Assembly (NCBI GenBank): GCA_013265495.1
Contig: MU057781.1
Span: 992,001 to 1,056,000 of the forward strand
Reading direction: 5' to 3'
Length of the DNA stretch: 64,000 nucleotides
From: Vicugna vicugna
Taxonomy: Eukaryota
Within the stretch, counting starts at the first letter, position 1, and each line of letters opens with the position of its first letter. A model generated the notes under the pieces. The model was not told where the DNA came from. It made no database searches and saw only the letters and a program-made list of their open reading frames with translations. This document shows positions 61,189-64,000 of the stretch, piece by piece. The translations under genes were made by a program, and so were the position numbers.

Positions 61189-61851
61189 GTAGGCGCCCCG
61201 GCTTCCACTGTGTGTTCAATCCTGTCCGGAAGCAGCAGCGAGGCCGTTGGCTGGAGTGTTCGCGCCATCCTACTCTCTGGTTCTTTTAAGACAAACTCCT
61301 AACGAAGAAGATCTTATTGTCAGAGAGGGGCGTTATCTGAGGTGAGGTGAGCCGGGGGCCCTCGGTACCGCTGGCTGGTTGGCTGGCTCCTGCCTGGCGC
61401 TGCCCGGACCAGGTTTCCCAGCTGTGGGAGTTGAGGGCCACGTGTGTGACCCTCAGGCCCCTGGGGTGATGCCCCCGCTGAGCGACAGGTGCAGGTGTGA
61501 CCCTGGCCCGGACCCCCACCATCCCAGCCACGTAGCCTTGCAGCGTGGCCTCCTCTGCGCAGTGCCAGCCTCTCCATGACAGCGGTGTGACAGCTCCTCG
61601 GCTCTGGGACGGTGGTCGTGCCTCCGCAGCTCCCCTGGGGCTGCAGCAAAGGGGGGGCCCCGCCTCCCCACCCCGCCCCAGGTGCGCGTCTCCATCCAGG
61701 CCTGGGTGTGGGAGGCAGGCTCCTGCCCAGTGTGTTGCACACTGGGCGTGCGCTGGTGGAAACAGCAGTAGGAGCCCAGGCTCCGTGCGCTCCTCTCCAA
61801 GCAGCGGCCTCAGGAGCCAGTGACTCTCCCTCCTCTAGAGACTGAGTGGTA

Positions 61852-62079
61852 GCGGGGGGCTCTGACCAGAGGGGCCCCCGTGTGGGGGGCTCTGACCAGA
61901 GGGGCCCCTGTGCTGGGGGCTCTGACCAGAGGGGCCCCTGTGCGGGGGGCTCTGACCAGAGGGGCCCCTGTGCGGGGGGCTCTGACCAGAGGGGCCCCTG
62001 TGCGGGGGGCTCTGACCAGAGGGGCCCCTGTGCGTGGGGGGCTCTGACCAGAGGGGCACCTGTGCGGGGGGCTCTGACC
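61852..62079. repeat. 30-bp minisatellite, about 7.5 copies (GGGGGGCTCTGACCAGAGGGGCCCCTGTGC)
   Basis: TCTGACC recurs at 61861, 61891, 61921, 61951, 61981, 62011, 62043 and 62073. Confidence 0.97.
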
Positions 62080-63499
62080 GCTCGGAGTGTTTTCAAGTAG
62101 ACGGATGGGTTCCACTGAGGACAGTAAACCTTCCTCTGGTTCTGCTGGCTTTTCCTTCCTCATTTCGAGTTTGGATCAGTCAGTTATCAGGGTCCAAGGT
62201 CCCGTGGGTTCTGCCCTTGGAGACCCCGGGTGCGGTGCCGTCTGGTTGAAACCTGCCCGTGTGAGATGCCGGGGGCACAGGGAGCCAGGCCCTTCACTCA
62301 GCCTCCCCTTCCCAAGGCTGTGAGCCTGTGAGAACTGGTCGCGCTGGCTGGTATTGGCCCAGTGAGTCTGCTCTGCCCAACGCAGCCCCCGCTCACCCCG
62401 AGGGTCCCTGAGAGGAGCCCTGGAAAGACCAGAGCTGACCGTGGTGACCGGCCAGCTGCCAGCACATTAGGAAAGGTCAGGGAAGTTTCCAAAGTGGCCT
62501 TTTCTTCCTCATAGGACAGACACCATGGCAAAGGGCAGAGGCTCTGGGCTCAGGCCGGGATTGGCGGGGGTGGGTGGAGGGCAGGGTCTGGTGTCTGTTG
62601 CGGGGACTGAGCTGGCGTTTGGCTCCTGGAGGTTGTGGCGCAGGCAACGGCAGTGGGGGTGGCACAGCCAGGGCTCCTGAAGAGGCACGGTTCCCTCTTC
62701 CTTCCGGAGTGCGAGCGGCCGTGCGCGTGCCATGCAGGCGGTGCTCCCGGGGCTGCACACTCCCTGTTGGGTAACAGCCCAGGTCTCCCTCGAGCCCCAT
62801 GGCTGTGAAACCAAACTCCGCCACCTCGGGCTGGAGGGCTGCCCGTCTGGGGAGCAGCTGTGAGTCCTCCGGGAGCTGCACGCTGCTCTGAAAGTCACCC
62901 AGGACGCCGGGTGACCAGAAGCACCGGAGTTTGATGGGCTGCTCAGCTTCTGTCAGGTCTCCCCAGGTCCCTCCTCCTCTCCCTTCAGGAAGACATGGGG
63001 CCCTTTCTCTTGATCGCTTTCCCAACAAACAATGCAGATAAGGAAGCACCTGAAGTCCTGTGCTCAGTACACAGTTCTCACAAATAGCTGTTACTCCAGG
63101 GGGCCAGGACCGTGCACACCAGCCTCCCCTCCGGGGCCCTCGCCTTCCACCTGCCTCGCCGCCCTGCACCTGGGCCCAGCCTCCCCAGGCCCCGCCGGCC
63201 CCCTCCGCTGGGCCCCGAGGGGCAGGCCTGTCTCTGGCCCCACGGCCCTGGTGTCCTGCCCTGTGGGCAGCTGGTGACAGACCCAGCGCTGGCCGAGCAC
63301 ACCCGGGACGCTCTGGGGCCCGTGCACGTCCGGAGCTGGGAGGGCGGTGAGCGGCCCTCTGGTGTCCTTGTCTGCCCTGCCCTGTGTGGGCCTCTGTGTG
63401 TGACATCAGGTGCAGAGCATGAGTTTAACTGCTAGTGAAAGTCATAAATGTTACACATTTACGTGTCCCTTCCCGCGAGGAGGTCAGTTAACACACAGT

Positions 63500-64000
63500 G
63501 AATTACCCGTCTGTCCTAGGCTTCGTTAGTCCTAGTCGGACGCCCCGTTGACTGCCATGTGGGGCGCCCGGGCTCGGGTGCTGGGGGGCCCAGCGGGACC
63601 CACAGGCCGTTCCAGCTCCCGGGACACCGGGGCTGAGCCCAGGCGGTGGGGCAGGGAGTGGGGCCTCTGCGGGTGCAGGCGGCGCGGGAGGGTGGCCGGG
63701 ACACCCCCACCCTCAGGGCTGCAGCCTGTCCCCCACAGCCCGCCACTTGCTCTCATCAGCAGGCGCCCGGCTGGGGGCTCTTCCCGGGGCTCCCTTGCCC
63801 CGGCCTCCAGGCAGCCCCTCCCGTGAGTCGTCCGGCTGTGCGGCGTCTCTGCGGGGACCTAAGTGCCACCCTGGGACACCCCCCCCCCGGAAGAGCCCGT
63901 GCTCTGGCCCCGCCCCACAACGGCCTCATGCCGACACCGCCCGCCCCGCCGCCCCGTGACCCCGCCCCGACCTCTCAGGTCCGCACACCGCGCACGAGGG
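63500..64000. promoter_or_regulatory. CpG-island-like intragenic segment with a GC-box cluster (truncated by the window edge)
   Basis: Dense CpG; CCGCCC at 63910, 63937, 63941, 63949 and 63962. Confidence 0.45.

Noticed and set aside
18331-62079. Regularly spaced repeats as CRISPR-like arrays
   Set aside because: Eukaryotic intron; the arrays are head-to-tail tandem repeats with no unique spacers and no cas genes.
61320-62096. 258-aa minus-strand ORF with AQGPLWSEPP repeats
   Set aside because: It is the 30-bp minisatellite read in frame; there is no coding context or splice structure.
1-64000. Frequent CACGTG and G-quadruplex-like G-run motifs throughout
   Set aside because: Expected from high GC and CpG retention; without counts against a matched background I cannot claim enrichment.

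Overview
Mammalian genomic DNA, very GC-rich with high CpG retention. The window covers the middle of INPP5A (type I inositol 1,4,5-trisphosphate 5-phosphatase) on the + strand. Seven GT-AG coding exons (by my recollection of the human gene, exons 3-9) splice in frame into 615 nt / 205 codons containing the HCQE, NIHLFH and GDFNFR phosphatase motifs. About 99% of the window is intron. A 117-bp tRNA-derived SINE with a 16-bp target-site duplication resembles the camelid Vic-1 family, so the source is probably a camel, alpaca or llama (inference). The introns hold several decayed LINE-1 relics, some strongly shifted towards GC, plus GC-rich minisatellites, two N gaps and many short AT-rich islands dense in homeodomain/FOX/Onecut/NKX-type motifs. 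These look like conserved non-coding enhancers, plausibly serving the neighbouring NKX6-2 gene (inference from human synteny). Best leads: (1) exon 5 has GC3 of 7/21 while the other six exons are at 82-90%; (2) an 89-bp direct repeat brackets exon 3; (3) the enhancer-like islands; (4) a possible in-frame 87-nt cassette exon after exon 6. I see no evidence of a new protein-coding system. Almost all ORFs in the supplied track are artefacts of GC-rich intron sequence. Repeat family names, exon numbering and TF motifs come from memory and need database confirmation.
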